A stretch of 53,058 bases of DNA, from NCBI GenBank assembly GCA_024405635.1, contig JAKSOL010000022.1, forward strand, positions 1-53,058, read 5' to 3'. Position numbers and translations under genes: made by a program. The DNA comes from Salinivirgaceae bacterium (GTDB lineage Bacteria > Bacteroidota > Bacteroidia > Bacteroidales > SZUA-534). Shown here in pieces: positions 44,458-53,058 of this stretch. Under the pieces are notes generated by a model that saw nothing but the letters and a program-made list of their open reading frames with translations, made no database searches and was not told the DNA's origin. Within the stretch, counting starts at the first letter, position 1; every line of letters starts with the position of its first letter.

Positions 44458-46353
44458 TTATTTTTTAAGATCTTCTTCAATCATTTTAAGTAATTCGGTT
44501 GGAGCAACATCTTCGTCAACGCCCCGTCGAACAAGCGTTTTGCCTTTGTAGAGATTAACTTTTTTAGGTCCGGCACCAACGTAACCATAGTCGGCATCGG
44601 CCATTTCGCCAGGTCCATTAACAATGCAACCCATAACGGCAATTTTAAGTCCAATCAAATGACTAGTTGCACGTTTTACTTCGTTTACAGCGCGCTCAAT
44701 GTCGTATAAAGTACGGCCGCAAGATGGACACGATATGTATTCGGTTTTGGTGTAGCGAGCTCGGCTGGCTTGCAAAATGGTGAATGATGTATCGGTAATG
44801 GTGCGAGCGTTCATATTACCAAAGTTGCTAATCCACAATCCGTTAGCTAGGCCATCGATAAAAAAGAGGCCCGAGTCTGATGCCGCATGTATTTGGAATC
44901 GTTGCTCGTTATCTTCTTTGTAAATGTTACTGATTACTACAGGGAGATTTATGTTATTGAGAATCAGTTTATTAATAATTGCTCGTTGCTCAAATGTTGG
45001 GCATTGATATCGCGAGCAAGCAACTACAACCACTGTTGGGTCGTTTTTTAGCATTTTAATCACGTTGTCGGTTAGGTCGGGTAAGCTAACCATAACCCAA
45101 TTGCTTTTATTTGATTTGTATTTAGCTGTTAGGTAATTAGCTAAACTGAAAAGTGGAGTAGCGTTGCAACCTTTTACCCACATTTTACTATCAACAAGCA
45201 GTTCAATTTCATTCAGTTTTGTGCCGCTTGCTAGTTCGCTTATCAGCGAATCGAGAGAACCTAAATAAACAACGTCGGGTGTTTGTTTGTTTCCGGTTAT
45301 CGACATTGTTTTTTCATCAACATCGAATCCTAAGTTGCGAAAAGTATCGGGCGAAATTTGCTGTTCGGTTGTTATGTCGGCTACAACAATAGGCTTGGCA
45401 AATTGCTGATGGTTGCCAATGGCTCGCGAGGTAAATGTGTATGGCGAGTATGCTAATGAGTCGTTGTATTGTAAATTAATGTTTTTCAGCGAGTTGATGT
45501 GCTCAACAAGTTCTTTTGCAGGAGCAATTTCGGATTCAGGAGCGCCAGTCAGCGAAACACGAATGGTGTCGCCTAATCCGTCAATCATTAGTGTACCAAT
45601 ACCTACCGACGATTTTATTATTCCTTCGGTACCACTACCCGCCTCAGTAACACCAAGATGCAATGGGAACGATAGGTTTTCTTCTTGCATCTGCTTGGCC
45701 AGCAATCTGTATGCTTGAACCATTACAACTGTGTTGCTTGATTTTAGCGAAACGGCAACGTTATTGAAATTCAATTCTTTGCAGATGCGTAAAAATTCCA
45801 TTGTAGCTTCAACCATTCCAGCGGGAGTGTCACCGTATCGCGACATTATTCGGTCTGAAAGTGATCCATGGTTTGTGCCGATGCGAACGGCTGTGTTGTG
45901 TTGGCTACAAATGTTGAGAAATGAAGTTAATCGCTCACGAAGTTTTTGCAGTTCGGCGTTGTATTCCTCGTCGGTAAAGGTAAGTTGCTTGAAAGTGGCG
46001 CGTCGTTCAAGATAGTTGCCAGGATTGATGCGTACTTTATCAACCCATTGGGCAACAATGTCGGCCAAGTTGGGGTTGAAATGCACGTCGGCAACAATGG
46101 GTGTGTTATATCCTTGAGCTACAAGTTTTTGTTTAATGTCGTGCAGAGCATTTGCGTCGCGCTCGTCAACTACGGTATAGCGAACAAGTTCGGCTCCTGC
46201 TTTTATCATACTTATGGCTTGTTGCACCGATGCTTCAACATCGTGGGTGCTTGTATTGGCCATTGATTGGACACGTATAGGCTCGTTTCCTCCTAATAAT
46301 AGGTTGCCAACTTTAATTGTTTTTGTGGCAAAACGTTTGTAGCTGAACGACAT
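44458..46353 (-). CDS. ispG: (E)-4-hydroxy-3-methylbut-2-enyl-diphosphate synthase, long form
   Basis: IRVQSM, VADVHF, RINPGN, HLGVTEAG, SCPSCGRT and VMGCIVNGPGE. Confidence 0.98.
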   Translation of the reverse strand: MSFSYKRFATKTIKVGNLLLGGNEPIRVQSMANTSTHDVEASVQQAISMIKAGAELVRYTVVDERDANALHDIKQKLVAQGYNTPIVADVHFNPNLADIVAQWVDKVRINPGNYLERRATFKQLTFTDEEYNAELQKLRERLTSFLNICSQHNTAVRIGTNHGSLSDRIMSRYGDTPAGMVEATMEFLRICKELNFNNVAVSLKSSNTVVMVQAYRLLAKQMQEENLSFPLHLGVTEAGSGTEGIIKSSVGIGTLMIDGLGDTIRVSLTGAPESEIAPAKELVEHINSLKNINLQYNDSLAYSPYTFTSRAIGNHQQFAKPIVVADITTEQQISPDTFRNLGFDVDEKTMSITGNKQTPDVVYLGSLDSLISELASGTKLNEIELLVDSKMWVKGCNATPLFSLANYLTAKYKSNKSNWVMVSLPDLTDNVIKMLKNDPTVVVVACSRYQCPTFEQRAIINKLILNNINLPVVISNIYKEDNEQRFQIHAASDSGLFFIDGLANGLWISNFGNMNARTITDTSFTILQASRARYTKTEYISCPSCGRTLYDIERAVNEVKRATSHLIGLKIAVMGCIVNGPGEMADADYGYVGAGPKKVNLYKGKTLVRRGVDEDVAPTELLKMIEEDLKK

Positions 46354-46368
46354 GGCAAAACTTATATA

Positions 46369-46965
46369 CTACTTATTAAGGTATTGGCTCATAATCTTAG
46401 TGATGTATTTGCCAACAATGTCAAATTCAAGATTCACAATGCTACCTTCTTTGTATGTGTGAAATACTGTGTGAGCGTAGGTATAAGGAATAATGGCCAC
46501 TTGGAAAGAATTTTTTTGTGAGTTGACAACCGTAAGGCTGGTTCCGTCAATCGCAATTGATCCTTTTTCAACAGTAATATTTCCTTTGCTGGCATCGTAT
46601 TCAAATGTGAAATACCAACTACCGTCGGCTTCTTCAACTTTGCGGCAAATAGCAGTTTGGTCAACATGTCCTTGTACAAGGTGTCCGTCAAGTAATTTGT
46701 CCATGCTCATGCTACGTTCAAGGTTAACCTCGCTGCCGGCTTTTAATTGACCAAGGCTCGATTTAAGCAAAGTTTCTTGCATTGCGGTAACAGTGTATGT
46801 TGTGTCGGTTTTGCGTACTACAGTAAGGCAAACTCCGTTGTGTGCTACACTTTGGTCAATGTGTAGTTCGTTTACAAATGGGCATTCAACTGTAATATCG
46901 ATATTGCCTCTATCTTGTTCAACCGACACTACGCGGCCGGTAGCTTCTACAATTCCTGAAAACAT
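46369..46965 (-). CDS. ribE: Riboflavin synthase (alpha chain)
   Basis: MFSGIVE, NGVCLTV, VNLERS, GHLVQGHVD and KGSIAIDGTSLTV. Confidence 0.97.
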   Translation of the reverse strand: MFSGIVEATGRVVSVEQDRGNIDITVECPFVNELHIDQSVAHNGVCLTVVRKTDTTYTVTAMQETLLKSSLGQLKAGSEVNLERSMSMDKLLDGHLVQGHVDQTAICRKVEEADGSWYFTFEYDASKGNITVEKGSIAIDGTSLTVVNSQKNSFQVAIIPYTYAHTVFHTYKEGSIVNLEFDIVGKYITKIMSQYLNK

Positions 46966-47069
46966 AGTATTCTAATTTTTTAGTATTTGTTGCAAATGTA
47001 AAAAATAATCTGCCCCAAGTTGTTTTTTGATGGTATCGGCAGAAAAGTATCAGTAGATATAAATAACAG

Positions 47070-47095
47070 AAAAGGCGCCGTTTAAGCGCCTTTTT
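47070..47095 (-). terminator. Intrinsic (bidirectional-type) terminator after glmS
   Basis: AAAAGGCGC-cgtttaa-GCGCCTTTT. Confidence 0.75.
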
Positions 47096-47126
47096 ATTTT
47101 ATAGAAACTGAAAGTCAAAATGTTGA

Positions 47127-48965
47127 TTATTCTACAGTGACCGATTTGGCAAGGTTACGTGGTTGGTCAACATTGCTACCGCGCATTACAGCAATGTAGT
47201 ATGACAATAATTGCAAAGGAATAACCGATAAAATAGGCGACAAGAATTCGGCAGTTTCAGGAACTTCAATTACATATTGGGCCATATTTTTAATAATGGT
47301 ATCGCCTTCAGTAACAATGGCAATTATGATTCCTTTACGCGCCTTAACTTCTTGAATGTTTGACACAATTTTTTCATAGGAACTATCTTTTGTAGCTACT
47401 ACCACTACAGGCATTTGTTCGTCAATAAGAGCAATTGGTCCGTGTTTCATTTCAGCTGCTGGATAGCCTTCAGCGTGTATATACGATATTTCTTTTAGTT
47501 TAAGCGCGCCCTCAAGTGCAACAGGATAAAGGTATCCGCGGCCTAAATAAATAGAGTTAGTACTGTCTTTAAGTTTTTCCGATACATATTGAATGTATTC
47601 GTTACTACCTAAAGCGCGCTCTATTTTTTCAGGAATAATAGTCAATTCCTTAATAGCCATGCGGTATTTATCTTGGCTTATGGTGCCACGATTGCTAGCT
47701 AGTTTTAGAGCCATCATAGTCAAAATGGTGACTTGTGCTGTAAATGCTTTGGTAGATGCCACGCCTATTTCTGGTCCGGCATGAGTATAAACTCCAGCAT
47801 GTGTTTCGCGAGGGATACTTGAACCAACAACATTGCAAATACCCAAAACCAAAGCTCCTTGTGCCTTGGCAATGCGAATAGCGGCAAGTGTATCGGCTGT
47901 TTCGCCACTTTGGCTAATTGCAATTACCACATCATCGGGATAGATGATAGGGTTGCGGTAGCGGAACTCTGATCCATATTCAACTTCAACAGGGATGCGT
48001 GCATATTCTTCAAATAGGTATTCGCCAACTAATCCAGCATGCCACGATGTGCCGCAAGCAACAATAATAATGCGGCGTGCGTTGTTAATTTTTGGCCAAA
48101 CTTCGTGTAATCCACCAAGTGAAATGTCGCTGCAGTCGGGCAAAATGCGGCCGCGGAATGTGTCGGCAATAGAGCGTGGTTGCTCATGAATTTCTTTCAG
48201 CATAAAGTGGTCATAACCACCTTTGTCAAGTTCCCCAATGTTAAGGTCAACTTCCTGAATATGAGGTTGTATAGATTGTGAACTTTTTATGGTTTTAAGT
48301 TGTAAACCATCGCGGCTAATCACCGCTACATCATCATCGTTTAGGTAAATAACGCTTTTGGTGTATTCAACTATAGGAGTTGCGTCAGAAGCAACAAAGT
48401 ATTCGCCTTGACCAATACCTATAACCAGTGGACTACCTTTACGAGCGGTAATGATTTTATCTTGTTCATCGGCGCACAAAATAACTAAGCCGTAGGCACC
48501 AACTACGCGCGATAAAGCCATACGTACAGTCTCTTCGGCAGACATGTTTCCTTGTAAGTAGAAGTATTCGAGCAAGTTGGCAAAAACTTCGGTGTCGGTT
48601 TCGCTTTTAAACGAATAGTCTTTTTCCAACAAAGTTTTTTTAAGGTCGGCATAGTTTTCAATAATGCCGTTGTGAACAACAATAAACTTTCCGTTTTGCG
48701 ATTGATGAGGGTGAGCATTGGTGTCGTTTGGTTCGCCGTGTGTGGCCCAACGAGTGTGCCCCATGCCAAGTGTTCCACCTTTTGGGAGGTCTTTAATTGA
48801 CTCTTCGAGGTCGCTAACTTTGCCTTTTTTCTTATATAGATAAGTTTTGTTGTCAAGAAGTGTGATGCCTGCCGAATCGTATCCACGATATTCAAGCAGT
48901 TTCAATCCTTTGATTACTATGTCGTAGGCGTTTCTGTGGCCTATATATCCAACTATTCCGCACAT
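47127..48965 (-). CDS. glmS: Glutamine-fructose-6-phosphate transaminase (start trimmed to MCGIVG)
   Basis: MCGIVG, LEYRGYDSAG, HTRWATHG, SQSGETADT and PRNLAKSVTVE. Confidence 0.99.
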   Translation of the reverse strand: MCGIVGYIGHRNAYDIVIKGLKLLEYRGYDSAGITLLDNKTYLYKKKGKVSDLEESIKDLPKGGTLGMGHTRWATHGEPNDTNAHPHQSQNGKFIVVHNGIIENYADLKKTLLEKDYSFKSETDTEVFANLLEYFYLQGNMSAEETVRMALSRVVGAYGLVILCADEQDKIITARKGSPLVIGIGQGEYFVASDATPIVEYTKSVIYLNDDDVAVISRDGLQLKTIKSSQSIQPHIQEVDLNIGELDKGGYDHFMLKEIHEQPRSIADTFRGRILPDCSDISLGGLHEVWPKINNARRIIIVACGTSWHAGLVGEYLFEEYARIPVEVEYGSEFRYRNPIIYPDDVVIAISQSGETADTLAAIRIAKAQGALVLGICNVVGSSIPRETHAGVYTHAGPEIGVASTKAFTAQVTILTMMALKLASNRGTISQDKYRMAIKELTIIPEKIERALGSNEYIQYVSEKLKDSTNSIYLGRGYLYPVALEGALKLKEISYIHAEGYPAAEMKHGPIALIDEQMPVVVVATKDSSYEKIVSNIQEVKARKGIIIAIVTEGDTIIKNMAQYVIEVPETAEFLSPILSVIPLQLLSYYIAVMRGSNVDQPRNLAKSVTVE

Positions 48966-49023
48966 TTTAGTAGAAGTTTTAAAGTAAGGCAACTAATGCT
49001 GCGCAATTGTATGGGGCAATAAA

Positions 49024-49830
49024 TTATTCCAACAAACTATCGTAAAAGTCGTTGTATGCGTCCATATATGTTTCAGGCGATTGGTATTGTAACAATGGAA
49101 TACCTTTTGATTTAACGTAACTATCAAAAATGCCAGATTGGTTTTCGCTACCAACAATTACGCCATCAGAAAAATCGATGGCCAATTTGGTAAGGTTCTC
49201 GTATGTTGGGTCGCTCATTATTTCAACATCTTCTGCTTTAACCGAATCATAAACCAATTTATTTTTCATTGTTGGATTCAGTTTTGTGTTGAAAGTGTTG
49301 TCGTATAGAGAGAAAACAACTTTTGAATTGCAGAACAATGGGTTGTCTTTAAAAGTACGTTTTACAAGCAGTGGAACAATTGAAGTGAACCAACCGTGGC
49401 AGTGAACAATGTCTGGTGCCCAACGTAATTTTTGAACAGTTTCAAGCACTCCACGTGCAAAGAACATGCATCGTTCGTCATTGTCATCAAAAAATTTACC
49501 ATCGGCATCGTGGGTAAGGGCTTTACGGCGGAAGTAGTCCTCATTGTCAATAAAATAAACTTGCATGCGAGCTGATTGAATTGAGGCCACTTTAATAATT
49601 AGTGGATGGTCGGTGTCGTCAATTATCAAGTTCATTCCTGATAGGCGAATTACTTCGTGGAGTTGGTTGCGGCGTTCGTTAACCAAACCATAGCGAGGCA
49701 TAAAAGTTCTAATTTCTTTTCCGCGCTCTTGTATTCCTTGTGGGAGTTCTCTACTGATTTTTGATATCTCTGTTTCGGGCAAGTAAGGAAAAATCTCTTG
49801 CGAAACAAACAACACCTTTTTATTTTCCAT
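49024..49830 (-). CDS. Glycogen/starch synthase N-terminal-domain protein
   Basis: EIRTFMPRYG, NERRNQLHEVIRLSGMN, YFIDNEDYF and PDIVHCHGW; 268 aa, no C-terminal GT-B domain; TACCTTTG at 49858-49865. Confidence 0.88.
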   Translation of the reverse strand: MENKKVLFVSQEIFPYLPETEISKISRELPQGIQERGKEIRTFMPRYGLVNERRNQLHEVIRLSGMNLIIDDTDHPLIIKVASIQSARMQVYFIDNEDYFRRKALTHDADGKFFDDNDERCMFFARGVLETVQKLRWAPDIVHCHGWFTSIVPLLVKRTFKDNPLFCNSKVVFSLYDNTFNTKLNPTMKNKLVYDSVKAEDVEIMSDPTYENLTKLAIDFSDGVIVGSENQSGIFDSYVKSKGIPLLQYQSPETYMDAYNDFYDSLLE

Positions 49831-49954
49831 TCTTTGCAGGGTAAATTTTTAGTGCGGCAAAGGTAGTAAAATAAATCGTTTATTGTGCTTTATTTCAGAC
49901 TTATATAAAACAACAAAAACTCTTTTTGGGAGTTTTTGCCGATTGTATCAAATG

Positions 49955-50392
49955 TTAATTGGTAACAAGTGTAAGCACACAAACACCACAACCTTCTTTG
50001 CCGTCTTTAAAGTGCATTTTTAAGTAATACGGGCCAGTTTTGTTGCAAATAAAGTCAAATGCTTTATACTCGGCTCCAGTTGATTCGTTATAATTACCTC
50101 CAACTTTTCCGCTAAAATCGCTGGTAAGTTCAACTGCGGTTTTGCCAGGTTTGGTTTCGTCGTTGCAAGTATAAACTCGGTAGTGGCTGCCTTTATTTAG
50201 CATCACAGCAAAATTTCCTTGCGAAGGAGCTTTGCCTTTGGTTGCTTCGGTAAAACGTATTCTAAAGTGCTTTACGTATTTAACTCCGCTACCAGATGAC
50301 GAGCATTTATCAATCATAGCTTGGTCGCATTGCGAGTAGGTTGCTGTCGAAATCAGCATCAATACAAAACAAATTAGAAACGATTTACGCAT
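49955..50392 (-). CDS. Secreted Cys-containing hypothetical protein
   Basis: Signal peptide; six Cys in the mature part; FDFICNKTGPYYL and GCGVCVL. Confidence 0.8.
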   Translation of the reverse strand: MRKSFLICFVLMLISTATYSQCDQAMIDKCSSSGSGVKYVKHFRIRFTEATKGKAPSQGNFAVMLNKGSHYRVYTCNDETKPGKTAVELTSDFSGKVGGNYNESTGAEYKAFDFICNKTGPYYLKMHFKDGKEGCGVCVLTLVTN

Positions 50393-50415
50393 AATGCCAA
50401 GGTTTTATTACCGTT

Positions 50416-51264
50416 TTAGTTTTCTTCCTCTTCAAGTGCATCAAGGTCTAGTTTAATCACTAACTTATCATAGGGGAAACTAATTTTCTTGCGAAGTTTA
50501 CCCATTTCGTTTGGAGTTAAACGAACCTTGTAAGCCGAAAACTCATCGGGGGTGTAAGGTAAGGCATTTCCAAGAGAATCTAGCGAATTTGGGTCGTAAA
50601 AAATTGGAATATCTTCTTTCACAATTTCTTGGCCTGCTTCTAGCTCGCGTATTTCTTTTGGCGAAAGCTTAATAATACCGCCCTTTTCAGGGGTTACAGA
50701 TTTGTCAACATCTTTTGGTATGTACAATTCCCTTTTAACAAAAACTTTTATGTAGTTAAGAAAATTGTCGTCGCGGCAAATAAAGTAGATATCACCAATT
50801 GTGTATGCGTCGACGCGATAAAGTTGAGGCTCAATTTTGATGCAACCGCGTGGGGTTTGGTCGCAAGACAATTCGCGTATCTCTTTGGTTTTAAGATTAA
50901 TCTCTTTGTATTTGTTGCGATAGATATCGTAATTTACATAAAGGTACTCGCCGTTTTCGTCGAAAAAGCTATTGTATAATTCGCAACGATTGTCGTTTAG
51001 TTTGATTTTGTATTGTTCGTCCCATGTGTAAAGGTTGTAAACAATTAGATATACAAACGACGATTTTTCACCGCGAAAAGTGGCCACAAGGTAGTTACCA
51101 TACGAGTCAACCATTAGTTCCAATACCTCGCTATGTTTGTATTCGGGACCTTTAATGCGGTGCTGGAAACGGTATCCTTTTGGCATCTCAATTGGCTGTG
51201 TTTGTGCGTTTGCTGCAAAAGCAGACCCCACAATCAGCAGTAGTATTGCAATGTACTTTTTCAT
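50416..51264 (-). CDS. Secreted hypothetical protein
   Basis: Signal peptide (ANA-Q); beta-rich N-terminal part; duplicated C-terminal motif. Confidence 0.8.
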   Translation of the reverse strand: MKKYIAILLLIVGSAFAANAQTQPIEMPKGYRFQHRIKGPEYKHSEVLELMVDSYGNYLVATFRGEKSSFVYLIVYNLYTWDEQYKIKLNDNRCELYNSFFDENGEYLYVNYDIYRNKYKEINLKTKEIRELSCDQTPRGCIKIEPQLYRVDAYTIGDIYFICRDDNFLNYIKVFVKRELYIPKDVDKSVTPEKGGIIKLSPKEIRELEAGQEIVKEDIPIFYDPNSLDSLGNALPYTPDEFSAYKVRLTPNEMGKLRKKISFPYDKLVIKLDLDALEEEEN

Positions 51265-51283
51265 TAGGTTGGCGAATTTATTC

Positions 51284-52825
51284 TTATTGAATTTTTTTCA
51301 ATAGTTCTTTATACGATATCTCTTTCATTACAATGTCGCGAATTTTGTCAACTGCTATGCGCTCTTGAGCCATTGTGTCGCGGTAGCGAATTGTAACAGT
51401 GTTATCCTCAAGAGTTTGGTGATCAACAGTGATGCAGAATGGTGTACCAATTGCATCTTGGCGACGATAACGTTTACCAATGGTGTCTTTGTCTTCTGAT
51501 ACACAGCGGAAATCGAATTTAAGGTCATTCATAATCTCTGCTGCTTTTTCAGGTAGTCCGTCTTTCTTTAAAAGTGGCAATACAGCGCATTTTACTGGAG
51601 CCAATGCAGCTGGCAATGCTAGCACAACGCGTGTCTCACCATTTTCAAGTTGCTCTTCTTTATAGCAGCCTGCCATAATTGAAAGGAACATACGGTCAAC
51701 ACCAATTGATGTTTCAATAACGTAAGGAACGTAACTTTTATTTTCTTCAGAGTCAAAATACTCAATTTTTTTACCTGAGAATTGTGCGTGGCGCGATAGG
51801 TCCCAATTGGTGCGAGAGTGAATTCCTTCAACCTCTTTGAAACCGAATGGCATTTCAAATTCAATGTCGGTAGCAGCGTTTGCGTAGTGAGCTAGTTTGT
51901 CGTGGTCGTGGTAACGATATTTTGCATCGCCCAAACCAAGTGCTTTGTGCCAGTTCATACGGAAGGCTTTCCAGTGTTTGAACCATTCCATTTCGGTTCC
52001 TGGTTTGCAGAAGAATTGCATCTCCATTTGTTCAAATTCGCGCATGCGGAAAATGAATTGGCGAGCTACAATTTCGTTTCGGAATGCTTTGCCAATTTGA
52101 GCAATACCGAATGGGATTTTCATGCGACCAGTTTTTTGTACGTTCAAAAAGTTTGTAAAGATGCCTTGGCAAGTTTCGGGGCGAAGGTAAACGTCCATGG
52201 TGTTGTCGGCTGAGGCACCTATTTGGGTTTTGAACATAAGGTTGAATTGTTTAACATCGGTCCAGTTGCGAGTACCGCTTACTGGGCAAACAATCTCTTC
52301 GTCAAGAATAATTTGTTTAAGTTCGTCAAGATTGTTGTCGTTAAGTGCTTTAGCAAAGCGAGCGTGTAAAGCGTCGCGTTTTTGAACATTTTCTTGAACG
52401 CGTGGATTTGTTTCAAGAAATTTTTCTTTGTCAAATGCTTCACCAAACTTTTTAGCTGCTTTTTCAACTTCTTTGTTGATTTTTTCGTCGTATTTAGCCA
52501 ATTGGTCTTCAATTAGCACATCGGCGCGATAACGTTTTTTGGAGTCGCGGTTGTCAATCAATGGATCGTTAAATGCATCAACGTGACCTGAAGCTTTCCA
52601 AGTGGTTGGATCCATAAAAATTGCGGCATCAACACCTACAATGTTTTGGTGCAACATGGTCATTGCATCCCACCAATATTTTTTAATGTTGTTTTTAAGT
52701 TCAACACCATTTTGTCCGTAATCGTAAACAGCGGCCAAACCACCGTATATTTCACTACTTGGGAATATAAATCCGTATTCTTTACAATGCGATACTAGGG
52801 CTTTAAAAACGTCTTCTTGTGCCAT
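51284..52825 (-). CDS. glyQS: Glycine--tRNA ligase, alpha2 homodimeric type
   Basis: SSEIYGG, WKASGHV, LRPETCQGIF, GKAFRNEI, REFEQME and IGKRYRRQDAIGTP; TACCTTTG at 52852-52859. Confidence 0.98.
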   Translation of the reverse strand: MAQEDVFKALVSHCKEYGFIFPSSEIYGGLAAVYDYGQNGVELKNNIKKYWWDAMTMLHQNIVGVDAAIFMDPTTWKASGHVDAFNDPLIDNRDSKKRYRADVLIEDQLAKYDEKINKEVEKAAKKFGEAFDKEKFLETNPRVQENVQKRDALHARFAKALNDNNLDELKQIILDEEIVCPVSGTRNWTDVKQFNLMFKTQIGASADNTMDVYLRPETCQGIFTNFLNVQKTGRMKIPFGIAQIGKAFRNEIVARQFIFRMREFEQMEMQFFCKPGTEMEWFKHWKAFRMNWHKALGLGDAKYRYHDHDKLAHYANAATDIEFEMPFGFKEVEGIHSRTNWDLSRHAQFSGKKIEYFDSEENKSYVPYVIETSIGVDRMFLSIMAGCYKEEQLENGETRVVLALPAALAPVKCAVLPLLKKDGLPEKAAEIMNDLKFDFRCVSEDKDTIGKRYRRQDAIGTPFCITVDHQTLEDNTVTIRYRDTMAQERIAVDKIRDIVMKEISYKELLKKIQ

Positions 52826-53058
52826 TTTTTGTGTGATTTTATAATAGGTGGCAAAGGTAATGATTAACTGAAAATAAAAAATTGAAAAAATAGCTTGTCT
52901 TGCAACTTGCTAATGACTTAGTTTTTAGTTGTTTGCTATTGACAACTTTGATGGTCAGAACAAGCTTTATTTAATTTACTGTGCATAAAAAAATAGTTGT
53001 CAGAACCCATTGTGCATTATTCAAAAAACTAAGGATTTTAAACTATTAATGTTTCTGC

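Noticed and set aside
9541-48992. N-terminal extensions in the ORF track for rnr, folB, the M1 peptidase, GNAT, queA, ftsX and glmS
   Set aside because: Most overlap upstream genes or terminators, or precede the conserved start (GlmS needs Cys at position 2), so downstream ATGs were used.
42374-49023. preQ1 riboswitch (queA), FMN riboswitch (ribE), glmS ribozyme
   Set aside because: Leaders are short (65 bp, about 27 bp from promoter to start, and 58 bp) and show no recognisable consensus elements.
3244-52512. The many 60-143 aa ORFs nested in or antisense to housekeeping genes
   Set aside because: Shadow ORFs expected from codon bias; none has independent signals.
44458-52825. Long IspG and eukaryote-like alpha2 GlyRS as novelties
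   Set aside because: Both are the established normal forms in Bacteroidota.

Overview
53-kb chromosomal segment of an AT-rich Bacteroidota genome, probably a non-Bacteroides Bacteroidales lineage. This is inferred from TAnnTTTG promoters, a T9SS C-terminal domain, gldA, an alpha2-type GlyRS and a long-form IspG. It is mostly housekeeping: rplU-rpmA, serS, rnr, tRNA-Cys-acpP-fabF-rnc, greA-HIT-folB, folK, dnaG, rsmA, coaX, lptC, rpiB-gldA, ppiD-like, ftsX-DUF3098-truB-queA, ribE-ispG, glmS and glyQS. I found no integrase, transposase, phage, CRISPR array or reverse transcriptase. Best candidates for undescribed biology: (1) at the left edge, a 15-bp tandem repeat upstream of a two-gene cassette encoding a surface-type lipoprotein gluzincin protease, whose GC content collapses toward its 3' end, and a small AT-rich partner lipoprotein; (2) a 1770-aa T9SS substrate built from four Ig-like domain pairs, three with a passenger domain inserted at an equivalent loop and one empty; (3) a helix-hairpin-helix/beta-barrel gene and a second barrel gene with an M50-like peptidase gene between them; (4) an orphan solute-binding protein that appears to lack a domain; (5) regulatory oddities: a greA leader terminator, face-to-face promoters inside each other's ORFs, tRNA-Cys apparently heading acpP-fabF, and a structured dnaG leader. 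All calls come from reading motifs by eye; no database searches were run.
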